A stretch of 61,304 bases of DNA, the filler included, from Asterionella formosa (lineage: Eukaryota): assembly GCA_002256025.1 (NCBI GenBank). It is 4 parts of 4 records of this genome, joined end to end, with 100 filler letters (N's around TTAATTAATTAA, not from the genome) between each part and the next. Parts side by side here need not be neighbours in the genome. Positions count along the whole stretch, not along the records: positions 30,742 to 45,980 come from NKIB01005535.1; positions 46,081 to 61,304 come from NKIB01005543.1; 2 more parts are not named here. The stretch is one strand, 5' to 3'. Below are positions 37,501 through 47,554 of this stretch, one piece after another. Within the stretch, counting starts at the first letter, position 1. Each line of letters starts with the position of its first letter. Below the pieces are notes generated by a model, which saw nothing but the letters and a program-made list of their open reading frames with translations, ran no database searches and was not told the origin of the DNA. The position numbers and the translations under genes were made by a program.

Positions 37501-38240
37501 GACCAAAGGCAGAGGCCGTATTTTTAAAAATGAAATCCTTTGGTGCGCAACCAACCAAGAAAACGTTCGGATCCCTCACTCATGCTGCCCTTAACAGCGA
37601 TGATCCAAAAGCAGCTGAGAAAGCTGAGTGGTATTTCAAGGAAAGGACGAGACTTTACGAAGCGGGTAATGAAAGTTGCAAGCCCGAGGCACGCGCATTT
37701 GATCTCGTTATTACTGCATGCTCAAGATACAAGAATCAACATGGGGTGGCGAGGGCTCGCTTTTATTTAGATGAGATGGAGCGATTGGCAAAAGCAGGTA
37801 ATACGGAGTGCCTGCCAACAGTCGATACCTACAACTCATTCTTGGGGGTTATCTCGAAGAGTTTTTTCCGTGATAAGGCGAGTATGGCATATGATGCATT
37901 ATTAGAAATGGAGCAGAGAGGGCTCCGACCGATCTGTTTCTCGTTTGAATTGGTCTTGATGGCTTGCGCGTTTTCTGAACAATATGATTTACCAGATCGT
38001 GAAAAGGCCTTTTCCATTGCCGTCAAGGTCATGGATCGTGTCGTCGTGGAAGTGGAACCTTTGAAAGATTTTTTTATTCTGTTTTTCGAAGCTGCAGCAG
38101 GGTTGGGACACGAGGAAAAAGTTGCGGCTGTGTACAAGATGTGTTGTGAGGCTGGGCATGAGAATGACGAATTGATACAACTTAATTTGCAAAAGGCAGC
38201 GCCTCACTTTTCTCAAAGTGTAAATGTTTTGGGAGAATAG
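34593..38240 (+). CDS. Pentatricopeptide repeat (PPR) protein, 1215 aa, probably plastid-targeted
   Basis: Repeats such as PNxxx(F/Y)NxxIxAW and AExxLxxM. Hydrophobic signal ending TNS-FSP (ASAFAP-like). Single open frame. Confidence 0.9.
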   Translation: MALGCGYCYNVLLFLLLLLKQTNSFSPISTWKSSPLILARCKQKQHYMTHLSNNRDTDATNAAAATATTVTSNHLSTDNDPTTTNNPHHPFHVLMNAFVMSTRTSDEQAQALLDQWRSETNKSTALSNAFDTFAIHAYVNIRPYDPIQVTTAARADAILQLLQQIETQDMVPNNRQTLTVHVYNTVMEYLVQAKTKDAADRVQAIFNEMMDKCSSSNTTTTSTSTSQLSPNTMTFNNAIAAVITTRNNAGIKADAIFSKMKSLGVAPNTQTFASLITAWAYSSDDERNKDQVSIIKAENYFEEMKRMYHEHGDERCKPNENAFNAIIHAWSMSKENYNNNNTAFLKAESYMKEMKRLEKSGDNNCSPTLTTYNSFLKVIARSTIITKAELADAVLMEMDQRSIQPNDISFGTVLMACAYSNWYDLGTRERALHIAVKVMYRAQAESIPSRQTFGFFFVAAFGFDDCEQVAEVYKWCCEAGYENEGPIEHFRRESKYDLTKRGSMSSTPRLNHYNILLESAPGSWDAKDWQIAMRMPCWSQEGSGSIMAWTLMDRAVKEDEIKSNDWFRESFQKVFLKLFYRWHRFPDNVSARDILGRIEKYRSTIPEFNVPIQVYNFILYIAIKTKERDAHKLADECIQSLMVGGSGTPRPNSVTFNFALQALSISDLSDAAQRAEALLQTMKSLMEDGWEDMQPSRRTYHALISTLAKSTVPWAPERAEQLLNECPDLTVLIVNTAMGAWKNSFGLQGPDRCNQLFRHLQKLYAESDNKDIKPNTISYGMVIAAFAKFGRAIEAESILQELLDEFKRTKDPDLAPNAFVYNAVIDAWSKSNKNDAVQKSEALIDDMYKIAKETKNNDLLPNRIHYTSFLNTLAKSNDPDLSSRVEHILRRLHELDKKGIPGTKPDFKLYSCIIDCLAKSNSKEGAARAEDILNIMIARYKAGEVSVKPSSTTFNIVIKGHGKSGDVDAGPKAEAVFLKMKSFGAQPTKKTFGSLTHAALNSDDPKAAEKAEWYFKERTRLYEAGNESCKPEARAFDLVITACSRYKNQHGVARARFYLDEMERLAKAGNTECLPTVDTYNSFLGVISKSFFRDKASMAYDALLEMEQRGLRPICFSFELVLMACAFSEQYDLPDREKAFSIAVKVMDRVVVEVEPLKDFFILFFEAAAGLGHEEKVAAVYKMCCEAGHENDELIQLNLQKAAPHFSQSVNVLGE

Positions 38241-38509
38241 GTACAATATATTGTGAACGTTCGAACTGAGAAGGGTAATTCGATCAACAAAATCAAACGT
38301 CGTTTCAACCACTCGTGTTGTCATTACTCTAGTATGCATCAGTTGATTGGTATATAGACGCATATATCGATTATTTGTGTGAACTTTAGCTATTCTTGTG
38401 TGTGTGTGTGAGTTTGCGTGAATCGCTACCGCTATGCTGTTTGCATTTTTGCAATCTATCTCATGTTGCTTCCGTCGGTAAAAAATATATATATTTATAT
38501 AATTGTACC

Positions 38510-39860
38510 TCATCGTCGTTCACGTTGTCTTCCATACAATTCATCTGGTGGCAAGGATTGATCTGCAATGACGCGTACTGGTTGCATCGATGTTCCTACC
38601 ATACTCCCTGAGGAACAACATTTCTTAATAAAACCAAAATCACAACATAATTCTGGTCGAACACAATCATAGTTGGATTCACATGTATCTGGCAATAATC
38701 CCCCCAAAAAGGAGGAAAATGGATTCACTTTTTTGGTTGGCACTTGAGTCGCGTCCATTTGTTGTGCTGCAGCATATTTGGATCGTTCTATAGAATCCAT
38801 TTGTTGTACTTGTGCTTCCAAATCTTTAAATTCTTGTGGTGTTAATTTCTTGAGTCCAAATTTTTGACGTGATTTGTTTTTTAATTCGTAGGCTTCCCAA
38901 TCCAAGTCTTCGTAGTTATTGCTGTTGCTGGTATTGTCATTTGATACAGCAGCCAATGATTGCGGTGTATTCGTCTTGCCATTATTTGTTGAAAATAAGG
39001 ATGGACGTTGTCGAAAGATGGTATTGGATTGAAATTTCATCACCATCATTTTGTTATAATTGTTGTTGTTTGGTCCAACAACACCAACAGCATTTGTCGT
39101 CAACTTCCATTTAGCATTCAATGCTGGGATACTACTTCCCCCACCCAAGTTCATTTCTTGTTTCATGGCATTAAATATTCCATCTCTTGTTTCAAGTGGG
39201 ACATCATTGATAAGTAAATGTTCCACTTGATGTTTAACAATGTCCCCCGTTTGCTTGTCGAAATGATAGACACTGATCCCATCGACATGGACAGGTAGTC
39301 CAACAAATAGACGTGGTGTTAAATGTGCATTCCAACAGATGCGAATGTTGGTCCGTGTGGCATCATATACCATACGAAATGTGAGATAGGAGCGTTCTTT
39401 GCAATAAAACACGTCCACCAACAAATGTACCAAACGAAAGGCATTCTTGTACGATTCTATCCCATGGAGTGTCACCCCCGACGGATCCACGACGGTCAAG
39501 TGATTGCTGTAAATAGAGTAGTCTGTATAAAGTGTGTGTGAGTTAGTAGAGTCATGGGTAAAGCGAGAAAGTGTGAGAGTGAGAGAGAAATAAAGAGGGT
39601 GAAAGAATGGAAAAGGACATACCTGGCGATTTGGTCAACATGTCAGGATAATCAGTTCTCAAAGTATCCAAAGCTTTTCCTACTTTCAATTCAAACTCAT
39701 GTTGTTGTTGTTCGGATGTTGTGATAGCAAGTTGTGTCGAGGGCAATGATCGAATCATGGGCAATCGTGTGCATGTCAAGGCGTCAATGGAGAACAAGGC
39801 GGATAGCGCCAATATTCCAATTGCAGAAATCGCAGATTTTGTTCTTGTTCCTCCTTTCAT
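38510..39860 (-). CDS. DUF2358 / SnoaL-like protein with Cys-rich C-terminus; exons 39860-39623 and 39522-38510
   Basis: Phase-1 intron 39622-39523 gives LRTDYPDMLTKSP-DYSIYSNHLTVVDPSG. Motifs DGISVYHFD..G.I..H and C-terminal CESNYDCVRPELCCDFGF..CC. N-terminal signal peptide. Confidence 0.82.
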
Positions 39861-40867
39861 TGTTTGCTGTTTGTTTGAAGAGTACTGTGGTAGCAGTAGT
39901 AGTATGTTGGAGCAGTGACTGTGATTGTTGTGTTGGGGTAAATGACGCTAATGGTAATCAATGAGGAAGGCTGTGTTGTAATAAATATGCGAAAGGACGA
40001 ACGATTCAACAACAACAAAGAATGTGAAATAAAGTTCTCGACGTAGTATGTGGTTTCTTTCGATAGCAGAGAAATACATGTGTTGCGGCAGTGATACTGC
40101 TAGTCGTAAGTAGACTGAGTATTAATACCGTGAATACGTACTCCACATGCCGTATGTGCATATCGTAATAAGAAGAGGGGCGGGGGGAGGAGGATGGTGG
40201 ACGAGTCAGAGATTCTCATACATATGCAGGTACAACATGCATACGTACTGGGTGCATGATACCATATGTTTGTAGCAAGAAAGCAATCCAATGACTAGAG
40301 TTTCCGGGTTGCCCGTGGCAGAACAGAAGGCAGAAGAACGACACCAAACAGCACAAGCAAACGAGAATTCACAGGATGACGTGGTCTCATTGGGGGGACC
40401 CAGTGGTTGTTCTCAGCTCTAGCGGTCCACCCTCCGCCCGAGCGATACAGCATGAGCGATGAGGCCGATGATAAGGATCATGCATGCGAACAAGAAAGCA
40501 TCAGCCATGCTGACACCAGTCAAGTGGATTGCATGGTGCTGGCTGTCGATTCCTTGGTACCTGGTACCAGGGTACCATGTATTTGGGGAGTAGGTTATTA
40601 TTAGTCTACTGCAATTCTTATTTACAGTACCTGGTACCGGTTTCGCAATATTGGAGTACCAAGCAATACGCTGAGTACCGGTATCTATCATCTTATCACA
40701 CCGTCATGAAATATAATATAATAAAAACGACGACGACGAGGACGAAACAAACTCGAGGACGAAACAAACTCAACGACGGCACCACCATCAACACATTCCA
40801 TTTACAATACCTGGTTGTCCTAGTGTATCAGTGGGTACCACAAGACAAGAAACCGCATCCATAGCTC

Positions 40868-41226
40868 ATGTCATCACTACCAGCAATTGTACAAATGCCA
40901 CTTTACCTGTTGTTTGGTTTGTTGACGACATGGCATATATCAGGAGTCTCGTCCTCCTTTATCGCAGTGGGAGTTGTAGTACCATCACATTCATATCAGT
41001 CTTTGTCATTACAACAAAACCATGCAGCAAAGAAAGGAATTCAATTGGTATTGAACGCACGTCGATCACGCTCCAAACAATCCTTTAATCCTAGAAATAT
41101 TGAATCCTTTCAACCATCCATCGAAAGTAGGGACAGTAAAGACGACGAGGAGGAGCCACCAAAGTCTCGTTCCAAACAAAAGAAACTTGTACCAATACAA
41201 AAGAACAATCGATCCATTGCTATTAC

Positions 41227-41264
<38 letters not shown>

Positions 41265-42262
41265 CTACTATTGATACTTCTTTGGTAACTACTATTAGTG
41301 GGGGAGCACAAGTCATGTTTCAAATGGCACGGCGAATGTTGATTTGGCAACAACAAGAAGATATGGCTACTAGTAGTACAACAAATGCTAGACTACCACC
41401 ACCATTACCACGATGGCATCCATATAGTGGTGTATCCGACGATGAGAATTTACAATTTCGTCATCGTCCACCACGTATGGATACAAGTGGATATGCAGCA
41501 TCAATATGGAGAAATGTTAGAAAACGATCCAAACCAAGTTTATGGAGACATGCCTTGAGAACCTATCATGAAATGAACAAAACATCAAGTAGTAGTACTA
41601 CCACCATTCATCATGAGGGGGCACTCTTGGCATGTGCGAAATTAGGACTATGGCAAGAAGCATTGTCAATTTATTCAACCATACTAGCAGAAGCAACAAC
41701 AACAACATTACTCCCACCTCAAAAGCAACAATCATCTAAAAAAATTATTTCAAAAGAACGAACCGTCTCATCTGCTACCATTACTGACAATATGATTTTT
41801 TCAGTCATCAAGGCTTGTGTTCGAGCAAAAACTAGAGCACCGTTAGATGCTGCCAGAGATATATTATCATCCATTGATACCAAACATAATATTCCATTAA
41901 CAGCACGTCATGTCAATCCACTTGCAGCAGCATATCTGAAACTTGGATTAGGGAAAGAATCCAAACAAGTATTGAACTTGCTATTTGCAGCAACAGCAAC
42001 AACTGTCAATGATGAACCATCAACAGCAACTGTCAATGTTTTTGATATTGGGGCCAAGGATAAGGCATCCTATGCCCTGTTGGTTCAAAGTGCTATATCC
42101 AACAATGAATGGGATGATGCTGTCAAGGCCTTGGAAGAAATGACAAATGTGCAATTGTATCCCAGTCAACGACATTTAAATGCATGGCACGAAGTGGTGG
42201 ACAATCGAAATAATAAAGGCTGGAAACAAAAGAGAGATGAATATTGGTTAGATTCTGTATAA
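40868..42262 (+). CDS. PPR/TPR-like helical repeat protein with signal peptide and poly-Asn tract
   Basis: Motifs HEGALLACAKLGLWQEAL, VIKACVRA and SYALLVQSA..WDDAVKALEEM..P. (AAC)n run at ~41227-41262. 464-aa open frame. Confidence 0.75.
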
Positions 42263-42740
42263 GAGGCAACAATCATGAATATCTTTGCATTTGGTTTTAT
42301 ACAGGAATTGTGGAACAAAACAATATCAAATCATAAACAGCAGGTTTATTGTATGTTGATAATATCAAACACTACATTTATAGTTTTTTTAATCATGTGT
42401 TGCTATTCATACATGCTGAGAGAATGAATCAAGTATTTTGCAGGGACAAGGTCACTATGTTTGTATATGGACTTTTGTATTGATTATCCAATGTAAAGCA
42501 AATGGCCAACTTTGTAAGTATCCCAAGGATTATATATATGATGTCTAAATGCCGGTGTGCCAAGAGTCACTTGATGATCAGATGCACCTTTCTATTATGA
42601 CAGCATAGTGATCACTGTAAGTTGATACCATATGATATGAGCGACCTGTATATGGTGTCCTTTCTCGGCGTTTCCAGCATTCATTCAAGATTGCGCATCT
42701 CATTCCACTCAACAACATGTGTGGTGGTCAAAAGAACTCC

Positions 42741-45116
42741 TCAAGTTTTTGCTTTTCCAAATGGTGACTCAAAGTAGAATAGTTCACCCTTGGCCTTTAC
42801 TTCTAGTTCCTGATGGCTTCCTGCATCGTCATATGAATTTTCATTTGTTCCATTATTTGTAGTTGGAACCCATCCAACGCCTTTATGGCACATATCATCC
42901 AAAAACTTCGTAAAGATGGTATCTGTTGCAGCATTTTCTCGTATGTACATGTAATCCATCATGATTTCGTCGCCTGCCTTGATATTCTTTTCTGCATGGA
43001 TGAGCATAACAAAAAGTTCTGACTTGCGAAGAAAAGGGGGAGAAAAGGGTGACGAAGGGATGTCATCTTCGCCAATGTACAACTCCTTTACCCAACAAGT
43101 GTTGATCTCAGCATCTGTACAACCATGGTTCATGAAAGTATTATTACAGGCAATGCTCCCAGCCCAACCGGTAGACCCCAAAGCAAATGATTCAAAGCCA
43201 TACACAATGAAAAAATTGCGAAGTTGATGGTACATGTCGGCTGCAGGAAAATCGTCGATGAATTTGTTCAAGGCATTCCATTGCTCACTATCTATACGAA
43301 GACTCAAGCCAGCATCATGAGGCAATATAAAATTCCCAGCTGGGCAATCCTTAATAGCAAAAAGAGATCGACCCTTCACTGGATGTTGCCGCACTTCTGT
43401 TCCATAAAAGTGATTGTTCACATCGAACCATTTTGCGAGGAATGATTTGCAAATGGGCATTTCTCGACCTGGCAATGACTTACAATACCAATGCTCCCAT
43501 GCTCGGGCGATCGTGTTGTATTTCTTATGCGTCATGCCATCATAAACAAGAGTCGGAAGCGCAGCAATGTTGGTGTGAAGCTTTTGAATAAGGTCAACCT
43601 CTATTGCTGGACTGTTTGTCCGCACAAACGAATTGTATGTATCCGAACCATTGGGGAATAGAACGAGAAATGCAGATGCAAGTGGTTTGGCCAAGGGCTC
43701 ATCATACACTGAACCTAGAAGATAGCCAAGACCATGAGGAGCGACGCGAAACGCTTGTCGAAGGAAATTGTCCCGAGGACTCAAATCGTTGTCCTCCACC
43801 TCAAAGAGTTTGGGCTGTGACCCAGCAGAAATCACCACGACAGATCTATTGCCTATGCTCCCATGCACATTTTTGTGAAAGTCAATGGCTAACCACTCGT
43901 CATTGTCGATTGGCACGTCGATGTACACAATATCAATGAAACCTTTGTAAAAATCAATATCAGGGGCAGCTAGTACTATGTCAGCAGATTGTTTCATCCA
44001 TGTCTTGGCATCAAGATCGGCAATCTCCACAATCTTTTGGTGAAGACACGATGTTTCCCCAGTGCCAAGAAATGTACAATCATCCAAGTGTGACATGAAC
44101 TTGTGCGTCGTCTCAATAATGGCGCGGTCCATACCCAAGACAACCACTTTCTGCACACTTTTGTGCTTCAGTATCTCTTTCAATGCCGCTGTCGGATCCA
44201 AGGACACAATGACAATATAATTGGGCGACTCACTGGAGATCAGGGCCGGATGTACTAGAGCTTCGGCATGGGCAGTGCCTGTAGGGTGTGATGTGGTTAG
44301 TAATTGTCCATTCAAAAACAAGGACTTGACTGGCTCAGTCAAGGTCAAATCTTGATATTGCCATAGTTCCAACGAAATGTTGTGTGATACGTCGGAGGAA
44401 ATGCGTGATCGATTCTTGAGAAGTGGTTGCGACAGAATAAGGTTATCGACTGAAGACGCTTTCAGATCAGCTAGCTTCTGTGATGCTGCCACTGTCAATG
44501 CATTATTGGTTGTGAGCTCTAAGGGGTTCAATCTCTCATGAATTGACCACCTTACTTCTTCAAAATTACCCTTATTGATATGACTATTGACTTTTGGGAC
44601 GTACTGTACCAATGCATCCTTGGCCACAAGTCTTCCATAGGTACTGTAGGACGTAATTGACACTTCAAGTTGCAGCACGATGACTTGATTCTGGCGAGAA
44701 TAGAAGTGAGCAGTCACATGAATTAAAGCATCCTCGTTCGTATCGTGATCAAATGTGCACTTTCCTCCTTGGCCTGGAATCTTTGCTTCGTAACAATTTT
44801 GACCTATTTCGAGAGTTCGTTCCTCAAAGAAGTCGTCAGAAACATGTCTACTAGCCTTCATTGTAGGGTCCTTTTTCAAGAAGAAGGTCTCAATGGCATC
44901 ATTCATGAAGGAATTGGATAATCCCAAGACCATACTGTATGGAATAGCAAAGCTCAGTTTGTCGTTTCGCTTGAGGTGGCCTTGAGTAATTTGAGGAGAC
45001 ACAATTCCATCGTAGAGGAGCTGCAAGGTGCTCGCAGTAGTTCTGGCAATGGAACACAAACAGATGCAGATAGCCATGAGCCGAACTCGAACTCGAACTC
45101 TCGTGTTGTACATCAT
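42741..45116 (-). CDS. Multidomain fusion: degenerate AdoMetDC-like + spermidine-synthase-like aminopropyltransferase + SET domain
   Basis: APT motifs LFLNGQL, EALVHPAL, LKEILKHKSVQKVV and DIVYID. SET motifs KGRSLFAIKD, FMNHGC and NIKAGDEIMMDY followed by a Cys. The N-terminal HVTAHFY..VIVLQL resembles AdoMetDC SHxSxHTWP..xxxDL. Hydrophobic N-terminus. The ORF track start at 45128 is TTG; first ATG is 45116. Confidence 0.8.
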   Translation of the reverse strand: MMYNTRVRVRVRLMAICICLCSIARTTASTLQLLYDGIVSPQITQGHLKRNDKLSFAIPYSMVLGLSNSFMNDAIETFFLKKDPTMKASRHVSDDFFEERTLEIGQNCYEAKIPGQGGKCTFDHDTNEDALIHVTAHFYSRQNQVIVLQLEVSITSYSTYGRLVAKDALVQYVPKVNSHINKGNFEEVRWSIHERLNPLELTTNNALTVAASQKLADLKASSVDNLILSQPLLKNRSRISSDVSHNISLELWQYQDLTLTEPVKSLFLNGQLLTTSHPTGTAHAEALVHPALISSESPNYIVIVSLDPTAALKEILKHKSVQKVVVLGMDRAIIETTHKFMSHLDDCTFLGTGETSCLHQKIVEIADLDAKTWMKQSADIVLAAPDIDFYKGFIDIVYIDVPIDNDEWLAIDFHKNVHGSIGNRSVVVISAGSQPKLFEVEDNDLSPRDNFLRQAFRVAPHGLGYLLGSVYDEPLAKPLASAFLVLFPNGSDTYNSFVRTNSPAIEVDLIQKLHTNIAALPTLVYDGMTHKKYNTIARAWEHWYCKSLPGREMPICKSFLAKWFDVNNHFYGTEVRQHPVKGRSLFAIKDCPAGNFILPHDAGLSLRIDSEQWNALNKFIDDFPAADMYHQLRNFFIVYGFESFALGSTGWAGSIACNNTFMNHGCTDAEINTCWVKELYIGEDDIPSSPFSPPFLRKSELFVMLIHAEKNIKAGDEIMMDYMYIRENAATDTIFTKFLDDMCHKGVGWVPTTNNGTNENSYDDAGSHQELEVKAKGELFYFESPFGKAKT

Positions 45117-45665
45117 ATTTCCATTCAATTCAATTCAATTGATGGCAGTGAAAATAGTGGGGCGAGAAAGCTACCTAAATTGTGAGATTGTCCATATACA
45201 CATGCTGGTGTCCCCGTATATTTGTTGAAAAGTACTGCATGTCAAATACAGGTATAGGGATATACATGTAGCGACCATGCATGAAAAGTCGTAGACCTTA
45301 CTACCGGTATTGCGTATTTTACGTTTGGCTGGTACCAGGAGTACCGGTGAAAACAACCACGCCAGATGTTGTTGGATACCACCAGCAACACAGCACTACA
45401 TACGATACAACAACTGGTACCTGGTACCATATGTATTCCTACCATGCGTTCCTGGTACCGGTAGGCTACGGTACTCACTCTGGTATCACAGTCGGACACC
45501 ACATCATGCTTCTTTTTGATTCTTGTTGCAGTCCTTCCTGTCAGTTCTTGTTAGCAATTCTTTAAGGGTCGTTCTTATCATTCCGAATTTGCTGTATCAT
45601 TTCCGGGTTGCGGGCAAAAAGTGACGGTTGGTATCAAAACACGGTATCAGCAACGGTAACTTGAT

Positions 45666-45702
45666 GGTATCAATTTTGTATCATTGATACAAAATTGATA
45701 CC
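45666..45702. repeat. Perfect 18-bp palindrome with 1-nt spacer inside a cluster of GGTATCA motifs
   Basis: GGTATCAATTTTGTATCA-T-TGATACAAAATTGATACC, with further GGTATCA copies at ~45630, 45643, 45725 and 45754. Confidence 0.9.
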
Positions 45703-45980
45703 TTTTTTTGCCCCCTCCAAAAACGGTATCAGTGATACTGACGTTTTCACGCGGGTATCATTTCCGTTGTCACTAATAAAATAACCGAAAATAAGCCTGC
45801 AAGGCAAGGCACCAGTGATAATATAAATGGCATATACTATTCCTTCAATTTTATGCTGGCTGCGTACATCGTCCAAGCAACACCATTGATACAATTATAC
45901 AGCACCAGACAGAAAGTTATACTTGGCGATCTTATAACTCCCAAGTGTTTTTGTGTATTTGTTACTACAGATCAGTCATT

Positions 45981-46080
45981 NNNNNNNNNNNNNNNNNNNN
46001 NNNNNNNNNNNNNNNNNNNNNNNNTTAATTAATTAANNNNNNNNNNNNNNNNNNNNNNNNNNNNNNNNNNNNNNNNNNNN
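45981..46080. other. Artificial scaffold-joining linker
   Basis: 44 N + TTAATTAATTAA (46025-46036) + 44 N. Confidence 0.95.
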
Positions 46081-46388
46081 TATTATGACTATTCTATTGC
46101 TGTTCCAAGTACATCGTTGTCAGCACTCACGCATGTACCTAATCTGGTGGCTGCGCCGGTATGGTTCGTACGGCGCATGTATGGAGCATCATATGCAGAT
46201 ATTAACAGAGTCACCAGGTTTTACGGTAGCTCAGTTAGATGTTCCGATTTGGTCGGAAAAACCTACTGATATTATGTACGGGTACATTGCCGTATGCTGG
46301 TCCCTGGCTGCTGCTGTGCGATTGTGAAAAACACAGCATCAGTTTGACTGATGAATATTTACCGTTGTTTTGAGTTTTCTCGATCACC

Positions 46389-46791
46389 ATGTTGTCCTCT
46401 CTCTCACGTAGCAGCCGAGTGATCGTGAATAGAGTGCAAAAGTATGTATATCAGAGAGGTTGCGGATGGAACGTTAGGCAGCGACGGCAAGGAAAATGAA
46501 GGAAAAATGGATCGAATGTCATTAATTGCTCACCCCCGTTTGTTCCCTTCCTGATCGACCACCGGTAGGCGATATATGGCCAAGTATGGCGACGGATTCC
46601 ACGTCCATAAGAACAAGTACATCGAGGAGTTGAATGGTCGTCGTGAAATTACAGAATTGAACTTCACCATGGATAAGAAGAAAGCACTAAGATCGTTTTT
46701 CTGGGTATTCCTTCTTCCCTATGGACTCTACCAATTCGTCCGCACGGAATTAAAGCTTCGAGGAGATCGTCGTTATAAAGACTGCTTTTGA
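46389..46791 (+). CDS. NDUFB4: Mitochondrial complex I accessory subunit B15/NDUFB4-like; exons 46389-46441 and 46569-46791
   Basis: Phase-2 intron 46442-46568 (GTATGT...GGTAG) yields MLSSLSRSSRVIVNRVQKRYMAKYG..., an Arg/Ser-rich mitochondrial presequence. The mature part KNKYIEE..GRRE..E.NF + TM helix resembles plant B15. Confidence 0.78.
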
Positions 46792-46905
46792 ATGAGTTGC
46801 ACCTGTTATCCTGGTAGAAAGTTCATGATTCCATTAGCAAGTACCAGTTAGAACCATGATGTTCGGATTGATGTGCTGTGAGTTTATGGCTATACTTGAA
46901 CAACT

Positions 46906-47357
46906 GCATCAGTTTAACTCATAATTTATATTAAAGTGTTCAGTTATCGATCATAATTTTATCCTCTCTCTCACGCAGCATCCGAACGATCGACAATTGA
47001 GTACAAAGTTATGTTATGTATCACTGAGAGGTCACAGATAGAACATTAGGCGGCAACAGCACGGAAAATGAAAAAGCATCGACTGTCAGTGATTGCTCAC
47101 AGCGTGGGGGGGGGGGGGGGAGGGGGGGCGGGGGGGAGGGGGAGGGGGGGGGGGGGCGGGGGGNNNNNNNNNNCCCCCCCCCTACCGATACCGATTAGGC
47201 GATCTATGTCTAAGTAAGGAAAAATGGCTCCATTTACTTTAGAACAGTATATAAAGGAGTCTAATGGTCGTCATGAGATTACGGAACTGAGCTTGAACAT
47301 GGGTGAAAAGGACGTACTAAGAAATGTTTTTCTAGGTAGTTTTCATTGTTCCCTAGT
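46906..47357 (+). pseudogene. Degraded tandem duplicate of the NDUFB4-like gene, including 5' flank and intron
   Basis: Colinear matches to 46337-46720 (GCATCAGTTT, TCCTCTCTCTCACG, ATTGCTCAC, TAGGCGAT.TATG, AATGGTCGTC.TGA.ATTAC). The first ATG is lost, there is an early TAA, and a G-run plus small N gap sits in the intron. Confidence 0.85.
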
Positions 47358-47554
47358 GACTCGGCGGATTCATCCACACTGAATTCAATTTTCTAGGTAT
47401 ATTTTCATTATAACGACTGTAATGAATGGGCGAAGTGTGGGGAATGATGCGAAAATTGTTCAGAAGCAGCGAACAATCTTCTCGATTTATTAGGATTTCC
47501 AATACTGATTGATAGCATGCAATATTAAAAATTGAGATAGGCACAAACAGAATT

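Noticed and set aside
24988..45116. Silicanin-like gene plus polyamine fusion as a silicification locus
   Set aside because: They are separated by the 30642-30741 linker, so no physical linkage is shown.
47105..47182. Long G-run as a G-quadruplex element (also 60849-60878)
   Set aside because: The first run borders an N gap and a C-run and is probably a sequencing or assembly artefact; neither can be trusted without reads.
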